Assembly: GCA_017547505.1 (NCBI GenBank)
Contig: JAFYPO010000038.1
Coordinates: forward strand, 1 to 64,000
DNA from: Oscillospiraceae bacterium
Lineage (GTDB): Bacteria > Bacillota > Clostridia > Oscillospirales > Oscillospiraceae
Reading direction: 5' to 3'
DNA length: 64,000 nt
The notes beneath the pieces were generated by a model. It was not told where the DNA came from, searched no databases, and worked only from the letters and a program-made list of their open reading frames with translations. Positions 19,251 through 27,071 of the stretch are shown here, one piece after another (the stretch's first letter is position 1; every line of letters begins with the position of its first letter). A program made the position numbers and the translations under genes.

Positions 19251-20465
19251 TTAGGAAGCGGACTTCTGCTGGAGAACCTTGATAGCCTCGGGGAGAACCA
19301 GCTTGCCGTCAACGCGCTGAGATGCAACAAAACCGATCTGACCGGTCTTTGCGTAGAGTTCGTTGAGGCGCTTGAAGGAACGACCCTGGCGGTCGGCAAT
19401 CCAGTAGTAGTCGAAGTTGCCGAAGGCAATGGTCTTGGCACCGGAGGCGGGCTCAGGCATATACACGGAAGTGTAAACGGGTCTGCCGAGGATGGTGTTG
19501 GGCTTGTCCTCGGTGAGACCGGGCTGCCAGATGTAGTTACCGGTGTTGTCCTTCAGCTTGCGGATAGCCTTGACGGTGGCATCACTCATGACCCACACAG
19601 CCTTGCTGCGGTAAGGAGCCTTGAGGGAATGATACAGATCCATGATTTCGTCTGCGGTGATGGCGGTAGCGGATGCAGCGGTCACACCGACTTCAGCACC
19701 ACCATTGGCAGCAAGGATACCCAGAGGCTTACCGTTGCCGTCACCATTGAAGAAGGACTCTTCCTCACGGGCACCGATACGGCGGGCAAACTCAGAAGCA
19801 ATGTAGCTGTCCAGATCGAACACGCTATCGCGGAGCAGTTCCTCAGATACCTTAATGGTAGTGCCCAGCTTGTGAGCGCCGATGGTAATCTGAGAGAAGT
19901 TGTCATCGCTGTCCTCATAGGGACCTTCCTCGTCGATCCAGTTGGCAGTACCCTTGGATGCCACAACAGGGATCTTACGCTCACCGCTGTCGGTGTTGAT
20001 GGTGTGAGCCAGCTTACGGAAAATGTTCTCCTCCTCAAGTGCCTGCACCAGAGTACGCTCGTACTCATCGGGAACCAGGTAGCCGCCCTCGGCATCGTCA
20101 CCGACCTGTAGTGCGTTTACCACATGAGGCATGGGAGTCTTATTGCGCATCACATTCCAGAAGTTCTGCTTGTACTCGTCAGTTGCGCGGGTGCGACCAT
20201 TGACAGGAGTAGTGGCACCACCGGATGCCATAGGCTTGCCGGTGATGGGAGTGTTGACGGGCTTGGCCAGTTCAGCCTCGATTTCCTCACGGCGCTCCAT
20301 ACGCTTGATTTCGTTGGTGAGGGCAGCCAGTTCCTGCTCCATGCTGTTGTAGGTGGCGTCATCCTCTGCGGAGAGAACACCCTTGTCGGTACGGTGAGTT
20401 TCCAGGAAACCGTCCATAGTAGCCAGAAGCTTTGTGCGCTTATTGCGCATTTCGATAATAGTCAT
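19251..20465 (-). CDS. Major capsid protein, HK97 fold
   Basis: Coiled-coil delta domain, GGYLVP, G.G..KP.GIL, LKD..G.Y.W, R.DG; start MTIIE after GGAGG. Confidence 0.95.
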   Translation of the reverse strand: MTIIEMRNKRTKLLATMDGFLETHRTDKGVLSAEDDATYNSMEQELAALTNEIKRMERREEIEAELAKPVNTPITGKPMASGGATTPVNGRTRATDEYKQNFWNVMRNKTPMPHVVNALQVGDDAEGGYLVPDEYERTLVQALEEENIFRKLAHTINTDSGERKIPVVASKGTANWIDEEGPYEDSDDNFSQITIGAHKLGTTIKVSEELLRDSVFDLDSYIASEFARRIGAREEESFFNGDGNGKPLGILAANGGAEVGVTAASATAITADEIMDLYHSLKAPYRSKAVWVMSDATVKAIRKLKDNTGNYIWQPGLTEDKPNTILGRPVYTSVYMPEPASGAKTIAFGNFDYYWIADRQGRSFKRLNELYAKTGQIGFVASQRVDGKLVLPEAIKVLQQKSAS

Positions 20466-20482
20466 AATGAATACCTCCAAAA

Positions 20483-21220
20483 TTAAATGTAGTTTTTGAT
20501 TTTCTGCAAATCCGCTCTGAGTGCATCCACAGAACGGCCTGTGCGCTCCTGCGCAGTGGGTTTGGGTGCGATGGTGCATTTGGCGGCAATCTTATCCATA
20601 AGGGAGTTGGTTACCGCTGCCTTGGAAAACAGCATCGACACCTGCGGAATTTCAATGTCCTCACTTGCACCGGAGCGTTTTGCGATTTCGTCTGCAAAGC
20701 CAAGTTCCACAGCCTTGTTCGCATCCATCCAGGTTTCTGCATCCATGAGATGGGACAGCTTTGTGCGGGACATTCCGGTCTTGATTTCGTAGGCATTGAT
20801 AATGGATTCCTTCACCTCGGACAGCATATCGATGGCTTTCTGCATTTCCGCAGTATTGCCAAAGGCTACGGTCATGGGGTTATGGATCATCATCATGGAT
20901 ACCGGGGACATCAAAACCTTGGTGCCTGCCATTGCAATGACCGAGGCGGCACTTGCAGCAATGCCATCGATTTTCACGGTGACGTTGCCCTTGTACTCCA
21001 TCAGCATATTGTAGATTTGAGCCGCAGCCACGCAGTCACCGCCGGGGCTGTTAATCCAGACCGTGATATCACCGCTGCCTGCGTTCAGTTCATCCTTAAA
21101 AAGCTGAGGAGTCACATCATCGTCAAACCAGCTTTCCTCTGCGATTGTGCCGTTGAGAAACAGGGTTCTCTCCGTCATCTCCGGGGTCGACTGGTTCTTC
21201 CAGTTCCAAAACTTCTTCAT
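20483..21220 (-). CDS. ClpP-type prohead protease
   Basis: INSPGG, AASAAS, MIHNP, ETWM.A..A...GFAD. Confidence 0.93.
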   Translation of the reverse strand: MKKFWNWKNQSTPEMTERTLFLNGTIAEESWFDDDVTPQLFKDELNAGSGDITVWINSPGGDCVAAAQIYNMLMEYKGNVTVKIDGIAASAASVIAMAGTKVLMSPVSMMMIHNPMTVAFGNTAEMQKAIDMLSEVKESIINAYEIKTGMSRTKLSHLMDAETWMDANKAVELGFADEIAKRSGASEDIEIPQVSMLFSKAAVTNSLMDKIAAKCTIAPKPTAQERTGRSVDALRADLQKIKNYI

Positions 21221-22478
21221 CGGAATTGTCCTCCTTTCCGTTTGCGGCGGTTGCCGCGAATAATCCTGCATCCTCCAACTTGGTCATGTTGCCGTTGATG
21301 AGGTAAAGGTCACCGCCGGCTTCGGGAGGAATAAGGTCGAGATTTTCAAGTTCACGAATATCGTTTGCACTCATCCAACCGTTCTGTCTGGCGGTGGCAT
21401 AACCGTTCATACGGCTTTGGTAGTCACCACGGAGCAGACCGTCCACATTGAACTTGATAAAGTAGCGGTTCTTGTCGGTTGGAGAGATGAGGGAACGAAC
21501 CATAGCCTGTTCCCAACGCACCAGCCACGGCTCAAGTGTGTATTTCACAAACTCAAGGGACTGCTGCTCAATATTAGAAAAGCTCGACTTTTCCAGATCA
21601 CCGACCATGTGGGGCGGCACTCGGAAAATTCGAGCAATTTCATTGATTTGGAATTTGCGTGTTTCGAGGAACTGTGCCTGTTCCGGGGAGATGGAGATGG
21701 GCGTGTATTTCATGCCTTCTTCCAAGACTGCCACCTTATTGGCATTGGAACTGCCGCCAAACGCAGAATTCCAGCTTTCTCTTACACGGGATGGGTCCTT
21801 GACAGTTCCGGGATGCTCCAGGATACCACCGGGAGTCGCACCATTGGCGAAGAACTTGGCACCGTACTCCTCACAGGCTATTGCCATGCCAATAGCGTTC
21901 TTTGCCATCGCAATGGGACTGTAGCCCACAAGACCGTCAAAGCCGAGACCGGGAACGTGAAGCACATCCGTGGGTTTCAGATTGACGATACTGCCTTTCA
22001 TAGTCGGTGCATCATCTTTGCTGGTGTTGTACTGGTAATAAAGCTGACCGTGTTCGTCTCTGTCCACTGTCATGCGGTTGGGCATCAGCGGATATAGCGC
22101 AATGACCTCGTTTTTGCCATTGCGGATAATCTGTGCGTAGGCATTGCCCCACAGGAGCAGATGGGTCATCAAGGTCTCACGGAAAACGAATGAGGTCATT
22201 TCTGGGTTCGGCTCATCGTGAAGTAGAAAATACAAAGGATTGTCGATGGCTTTCTCCTTGCCGCCCTTATCGGTGTAACGGTAAAGGTGCAAAGGAAGTC
22301 CCGCCACAGCCTCCGCAAGAATTCTCACACAGGAGTAGACTGCGGTCATCTGCATCGCAGAGCGTTCCGTCACGTTTTTGCCGGAGGTACTGCCGCCCAT
22401 GAAAAAGCGGTAGGAACTACCGGATGTTGCGTTTGTGGGCTTATCTCTGGAACGAAACAAACCGCTGAATATACTCAT
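21123..22478 (-). CDS. Portal protein, HK97 family
   Basis: VYSCV..LA, PNP.MT, LL.GNAY, G.SPI, QFLE.R, IAR.F.VPP, N.EQQ. Confidence 0.95.
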   Translation of the reverse strand: MSIFSGLFRSRDKPTNATSGSSYRFFMGGSTSGKNVTERSAMQMTAVYSCVRILAEAVAGLPLHLYRYTDKGGKEKAIDNPLYFLLHDEPNPEMTSFVFRETLMTHLLLWGNAYAQIIRNGKNEVIALYPLMPNRMTVDRDEHGQLYYQYNTSKDDAPTMKGSIVNLKPTDVLHVPGLGFDGLVGYSPIAMAKNAIGMAIACEEYGAKFFANGATPGGILEHPGTVKDPSRVRESWNSAFGGSSNANKVAVLEEGMKYTPISISPEQAQFLETRKFQINEIARIFRVPPHMVGDLEKSSFSNIEQQSLEFVKYTLEPWLVRWEQAMVRSLISPTDKNRYFIKFNVDGLLRGDYQSRMNGYATARQNGWMSANDIRELENLDLIPPEAGGDLYLINGNMTKLEDAGLFAATAANGKEDNSDEEVLELEEPVDPGDDGENPVSQRHNRRGKLV

Positions 22479-22510
22479 GAAAATCAACTCCTTCCTTAAA
22501 AATGGGCATA

Positions 22511-22543
22511 AGAAAAGCACCTACCGTTTCCGATAGATGCTTT
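22511..22543 (-). terminator. Intrinsic terminator after the moron, upstream of portal
   Basis: AAAGCA..TA stem followed by TTTTCTT on the minus strand. Confidence 0.55.
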
Positions 22544-22558
22544 GTTATGAAAATGGGG

Positions 22559-22918
22559 TTATGGAAGTACATCCATGAACTCGTCATAGATCTGCTTGAG
22601 TCCGGCAAGCGTTTGGTATTTCTTTTGGTACTCCAGGTGCAATCGCAGTGATTCCAATGCTTTGCGCAGGCCATCAAATCCATAGTCGGACATGATAGCA
22701 GTTAAGTAGTGAGATACGGCAATCTCCTTAACCGTACCGGTATATCTTTCACCGCGGATCATTGCACGGACACATCTGAGGTAGATTCGTGCCGAACCCA
22801 GATCCATGCCTGTGCGGGCAATGTTCATGGCGGCAGTACCGATGTCGATCTCTCCCTCGGCTACACGCTTTCCGTATGCATAACAATCATGGATGTTTTG
22901 AAGTGTTATTTCTGCCAT
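22559..22918 (-). CDS. 119-aa moron protein resembling the helical N-terminal domain of some HNH/McrA-like nucleases
   Basis: GGAGG RBS and extended -10 TGCTATAAT upstream; pattern GM..GSA..Y....AM..G..Y...I..DYG...L.KAL....H..Y. Confidence 0.6.
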   Translation of the reverse strand: MAEITLQNIHDCYAYGKRVAEGEIDIGTAAMNIARTGMDLGSARIYLRCVRAMIRGERYTGTVKEIAVSHYLTAIMSDYGFDGLRKALESLRLHLEYQKKYQTLAGLKQIYDEFMDVLP

Positions 22919-23063
22919 GTTGATTCCTCCTGTTTTTCTCTTTGAGCCTATTATAGCAAAAGAAAATGCAGTTTTGTTTAAGCCCAAAAAATAATTATTT
23001 GTACTGCAAACAATGAGAAATCAGAAGCCGTGTATAACATTGCTGCGTCAAACACGGCTGCAG

Positions 23064-24665
23064 TCAGATAAACAAAATGCCTCGGTCATCGTAAACCGAA
23101 GCAGTAGTATCGTTGCCACAGCGTATCGCACGGTCAAGCGCCATAATGGTGGCAACGGCACCGTCGATTTTCTCTGTGGATTTTTCTTTGTCCGGCTTGA
23201 TGTTTCCGGCAGGGTCTGTGCGGATGAAGATGTTGTCCATCATCCAACGCAACACCGGGTGACCACCGTGGGCAATTTTCTCTTCAAGCACCAGTTTCAT
23301 CAATTCCTTTGTAGGTGGGGACATATCCTTGAAGCCCTGTCCGAACGGAACTACCGTGAAGCCCATGCCCTCAAGGTTCTGCACCATCTGGACAGCGCCC
23401 CAACGGTCAAAGGCAATCTCACGGATATTGAAACGCTCACCCAGGCTCTCGATGAATTTTTCGATGTAGCCGTAGTGTACTACGTTGCCCTCGGTGGTTT
23501 GCAAATAGCCTTGACGCTCCCACACATCGTATGGCACATGATCACGGCGCACACGCAGTTCCAGGTTATCTTCCGGTATCCAGAAGTACGGCAGCACGAT
23601 ATATTTATCATCCTCATATTCCGGTGGGAACACCAGAACAAATGCCGTAATATCCGTGGTGGAGGAAAGGTCAAGACCACCGTAGCAAACACGGCCTTCC
23701 AGATCATCCTCTGAGGTAGCAAAGGCGCATTTGTCCCAACGCTCCATCGGCATCCAACGAACAGCCTGCTTGACCCACTGGTTTAGTCGCAGCTGACGGA
23801 AGGCATTCTCCTCGCCGGGATTCTGCTTGGCAGACTCACAGGCATCCTTGACCTTGTCGATGGCAACAGTAATGCCCAGAGAGGGATTTGCCTTCTTCCA
23901 GGTTTCCGGGTCTGTCCAATCGTCATTCTCATCCGCACCGTAGATAACAGGATAAAAGGTGTGGTCGACTTTTCTGCCTTCGATGATGTCCTTTGCCTTT
24001 TGGTGGATCTCATAGCAGATGGACTTGGTGTCATTGCCCGCCGTGGTAATAAGGAAATATAGCGGCTGCATACGGGCATCACCGGAGCCCTTGGTCATAA
24101 CATCAAACAGCTTTCGGTTCGGCTGCGTATGCAACTCATCGAAAACAACGCCGTGGGTGTTAAAACCGTGCTTGTTGCCAACGTCAGCGGAAAGCACTTG
24201 GTAGATACTGCCGGTCGGTAAGTAAATGAGGCGCTTCTGGGAATCGAGGATTTTGACCCTCTTTGCCAGAGCCGGACACATACGCACCATATCGGCGGCA
24301 ACGTTGAAAACAATGGATGCCTGCTGTCGGTCGGCTGCACAGCCATAAACTTCGGCACGTTCCTCACCGTCACCGCAGGTCAAAAGCAGAGCAACGGCAG
24401 CGGCAAGTTCGGATTTGCCTTGTTTCTTTGGGATTTCGATGTATGCGGTATTGAACTGACGGTAGCCGTTTGGCTTGAGCGTTCCGAAAATGTCTCGGAT
24501 GATCTGCTCCTGCCAGTCAATCAGTTCAAAAGGCTTTCTTGCCCAAGTGCCCTTGGTGTGGCACAAGGACTCAATAAATGCGACCGCATAGTCTGCGGAG
24601 GCTTTATCGTAGTAGCAGCCCTTATCCATAAAGCGGGTGGGTTTGTACTTTTTCAGTTTTCTGAT
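23064..24665 (-). CDS. terL: Terminase large subunit, probable ATC start
   Basis: PKKQGKS Walker A, VVFDELH Walker B, ITTAG, GLDLS...D, KIDG nuclease motifs; frame extends to (M)RKLKKYKPTRFM behind AGGAGGTG. Confidence 0.95.
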   Translation of the reverse strand: MRKLKKYKPTRFMDKGCYYDKASADYAVAFIESLCHTKGTWARKPFELIDWQEQIIRDIFGTLKPNGYRQFNTAYIEIPKKQGKSELAAAVALLLTCGDGEERAEVYGCAADRQQASIVFNVAADMVRMCPALAKRVKILDSQKRLIYLPTGSIYQVLSADVGNKHGFNTHGVVFDELHTQPNRKLFDVMTKGSGDARMQPLYFLITTAGNDTKSICYEIHQKAKDIIEGRKVDHTFYPVIYGADENDDWTDPETWKKANPSLGITVAIDKVKDACESAKQNPGEENAFRQLRLNQWVKQAVRWMPMERWDKCAFATSEDDLEGRVCYGGLDLSSTTDITAFVLVFPPEYEDDKYIVLPYFWIPEDNLELRVRRDHVPYDVWERQGYLQTTEGNVVHYGYIEKFIESLGERFNIREIAFDRWGAVQMVQNLEGMGFTVVPFGQGFKDMSPPTKELMKLVLEEKIAHGGHPVLRWMMDNIFIRTDPAGNIKPDKEKSTEKIDGAVATIMALDRAIRCGNDTTASVYDDRGILFI

Positions 24666-24690
24666 ATGCGGTCACCTCCTTCAAAAGGGC

Positions 24691-24724
24691 ATAAAAAATA
24701 GCCGCCACCGAAATCGGTGCGACC
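24691..24724 (-). terminator. Intrinsic terminator upstream of terL
   Basis: GTCGCACCG-ATTT-CGGTGGCGGC followed by TATTTTTT. Confidence 0.65.
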
Positions 24725-24808
24725 TCAAAAATCATATAAATATATGAATTCCATATACGAGGAACAGAGCCTCTCGGCTCAGTCCCAGGGCTATTTTGTT
24801 AGCGGGGA

Positions 24809-25003
24809 TTAAAAGTGTTCGCTGATTGCCTGGTATTCGCGGGTCAGCTTTACAACTTCCTGTGCGATGCAGGTGCGGCGAAAAGCATTCTTGCAAGCCT
24901 TGCCCTCTGCGGTCAGTTTTTCGATTTCTGCCTTGCGACGGGTCAGAACCTCGATTTCGTTGCCCTCAAGGGCATCCTTCAGATCTCTTTCAAAGCGGTT
25001 CAT
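24809..25003 (-). CDS. Hypothetical 64-aa helical protein
   Basis: AAGGAGG RBS; follows the upstream gene closely. Confidence 0.7.
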   Translation of the reverse strand: MNRFERDLKDALEGNEIEVLTRRKAEIEKLTAEGKACKNAFRRTCIAQEVVKLTREYQAISEHF

Positions 25004-25015
25004 TTGCCGTCCTCC

Positions 25016-25378
25016 TTAGGCTCTTGCCATGCGGATCGCAGGAACCTTGGCTCGTTCACCGGTCAGCCAATCGGTGTAGTTGGCGTTGACTTCGGTGATG
25101 CCTGCCATCTTGAAGCCGTGCTTGTCGAAGGCTGCCAGGGTGGCAATCAAACCGGAGAAGGTGCTACTGATGGTGAACTCGGTGATACCGCTGTCGGTGA
25201 AGGTCTGAACGATTGCGTCAATGTCATCGTCCCAAATGACCTCGGAGAAGTCGATGAGGTCGTTGCCTGCGTCAATGCTCTTGCGGTAGGCCCAGAATGC
25301 GGTGCCGTTGATGCCCCAATCCTTGAGGCTGCCTGCCTGTTCTGCGATGGCTCTTTCAAAAAGGTCGATTTTCTTCAT
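25016..25378 (-). CDS. Conserved hypothetical prophage protein
   Basis: GGAGG RBS before MKKID; AY..S...GN...DF....W, EFTISSTFS pattern common in Clostridial prophages. Confidence 0.75.
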   Translation of the reverse strand: MKKIDLFERAIAEQAGSLKDWGINGTAFWAYRKSIDAGNDLIDFSEVIWDDDIDAIVQTFTDSGITEFTISSTFSGLIATLAAFDKHGFKMAGITEVNANYTDWLTGERAKVPAIRMARA

Positions 25379-25421
25379 GGTGTTGTTCCTCCGTAAACTG
25401 TGTTTTTCCTTTCGGTGTGAC

Positions 25422-25454
25422 ACATATTACCTCTAAAAGCACACGATATCCAGT
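25422..25454 (-). promoter_or_regulatory. Conserved promoter-like motif, copy 2
   Basis: ACTGGATA-N15-GGTAATATGT. Confidence 0.65.
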
Positions 25455-25512
25455 CATTTATCGATAATATAGTACACAATCATTTGCCCGGTGTATTGGG
25501 TAAATTGTGTAG

Positions 25513-25803
25513 TTATTTACCGCCATCGGACGTAAGTGCAGCCAGGAGCAACTGGACACCAAGCTGGAATCCGGTCTTGAAGTGATCGCACTCATACAAC
25601 ATGGACAAGTCGGAACGGAGAACCAAGTAATGCTCCAGGAGTTCTTTGGTTTCGGCATCCACCTTACCTTCAATGGTCTCCCAAAGCTGTGACATTTCCA
25701 TGTTCAGCCGGGTCTGCTCCTTGCGGTCACGGAGGCTGTTCTCCCAAGGGTCAATCTGACCGTAGAACAGCTTGCTCAGAATATCTTCAGGCATCGGTAT
25801 CAT
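25513..25803 (-). CDS. DUF6809-like small helical protein
   Basis: IL..LFYG.I.P.E and F..GF.LG..L motifs; start uncertain (25803 or 25794). Confidence 0.65.
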   Translation of the reverse strand: MIPMPEDILSKLFYGQIDPWENSLRDRKEQTRLNMEMSQLWETIEGKVDAETKELLEHYLVLRSDLSMLYECDHFKTGFQLGVQLLLAALTSDGGK

Positions 25804-26020
25804 CCACCTTTCGGCAAATGTCTTCGCCATAAGCTACATTCAAACCGCAGCCGTTGTCCCAGGCGACCAGGATGCTGCCGATGTCATCGACACCACGTAC
25901 GGTGCCTCTCGTACCGATGGGTGGAGCCTGCGGATCATCCATCTGCACCAGTTCCACCCGTGTTCCCTTGGGGAAACGCTCACGAAGGGCTTGTAAGGCC
26001 TCTTTTGAGATTATTCGCAT
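25787..26020 (-). CDS. DUF4314 family protein
   Basis: P.GTRVEL..M.DP..PP.GT.GTV..VDD.G...V.WD.G. Confidence 0.85.
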   Translation of the reverse strand: MRIISKEALQALRERFPKGTRVELVQMDDPQAPPIGTRGTVRGVDDIGSILVAWDNGCGLNVAYGEDICRKVDDTDA

Positions 26021-26697
26021 GATTCCACCTCCGACCGCTGACCGCTTCTGAAGGCAGAACTGCCCGTCAGATTGCGGAGCAGGATTTTGCGTTCGGCTTT
26101 ATATTCGTTGCCGATAAAGCCGAGGCGGAGAAGGAAGCACCGGAAAGCATACTTCTCGTTGTCCACTTCCTTTTCCTTGGTGCTGACACGCTTCTGATTG
26201 CGAGCCATTTCGCACAGCTTGCAGATAAAGGAATCGTAGGCTCTCAGTTCATCCGGAGTGGGAGTGCCGGGAAACCAAGGGAACGAAACCTTGGTATCGG
26301 TCACCTCAATGGGAAGTTCGGCTACACCGAGTGCCTTCTTGATGAGGCTACCCTTGGCGGTAATGAGTGCCTTGAGGTTTTCCAGGTTACCATCGGTAAA
26401 CAGGCTGCGAGGCATAGAAATGCAGATGCCTTTGAACGCTTCTTCGGGTTCCTCCACGGGCTGGCTCTGGTCGATGTCGAAGCCCTCATCGTAGAGGTGC
26501 TGCATCAGTCTTTCGACAACCTCGCTGTCGGCGCTATCATCAAAGGTGAGGCTTCCGTCCTTTTCAATGGTGAAGTAGTCCACCCGGTAGGCGCAGGAAG
26601 GAACACCGAGGTACTTGGCATCGCAGCCAAGCCACTGTGCGATAATCTGGACGAGGCGCTTGCGTTCTGCGCCCTGGGCGTTAATCTTGATTGTCAT
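26011..26697 (-). CDS. Conserved prophage protein (often annotated 'virulence-related'; function unknown)
   Basis: RK.LV, Y.G.PS.AY and NEKYAFRCFLLRLGFIG.EYK..RK.LL..L.G.SAF. Confidence 0.8.
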   Translation of the reverse strand: MTIKINAQGAERKRLVQIIAQWLGCDAKYLGVPSCAYRVDYFTIEKDGSLTFDDSADSEVVERLMQHLYDEGFDIDQSQPVEEPEEAFKGICISMPRSLFTDGNLENLKALITAKGSLIKKALGVAELPIEVTDTKVSFPWFPGTPTPDELRAYDSFICKLCEMARNQKRVSTKEKEVDNEKYAFRCFLLRLGFIGNEYKAERKILLRNLTGSSAFRSGQRSEVESCE

Positions 26698-26983
26698 CTT
26701 TTTGACCTCCGTTCATAAGGGTGACTGCATCGGCAAATCCGGCACGGTAATAGTAGTTCATGGTTTCACCGTCTACCTCGGAAATGGCATTCTCGCAATC
26801 GATTAGTAATTGGTGCTGCTCCGGTGTTAGTGTGGCTTTCAGCCTGTTCATTGCGGTATCGAACCGCTGAAAGGCTGCTTGAACCGCTGTGCTTTCGCAT
26901 TCTCCGTACCCGTTGATACGCTCCAGCACCAGCTGTTCAATGGCTTCTGTCAAGGTTTCCTCGACAGAGGGTGGTTTTGGCAT
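26681..26983 (-). CDS. Hypothetical helical protein, DUF6809-like C-terminus
   Basis: AAGGAGG RBS; L..EQ..LL and YY..GF.DA..L resemble 25513-25803. Confidence 0.65.
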   Translation of the reverse strand: MPKPPSVEETLTEAIEQLVLERINGYGECESTAVQAAFQRFDTAMNRLKATLTPEQHQLLIDCENAISEVDGETMNYYYRAGFADAVTLMNGGQKDDNQD

Positions 26984-27013
26984 ATGTGTGTACCTCCTTC
27001 TTTTTGGGTATGC

Positions 27014-27046
27014 ACATATTACCGTCAGTCCCTACATATATCCAGT
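27014..27046 (-). promoter_or_regulatory. Conserved promoter-like motif, copy 3
   Basis: ACTGGATA-N15-GGTAATATGT. Confidence 0.65.
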
Positions 27047-27071
27047 CATATCCGCATATTCGCGGTGTAGA

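Noticed and set aside
21123-21220. 98-nt portal/protease overlap as a frameshift
   Set aside because: Both genes are complete and the protease has its own RBS
26011-26697. Virulence factor
   Set aside because: The label is a propagated annotation; nothing in the sequence supports a virulence role
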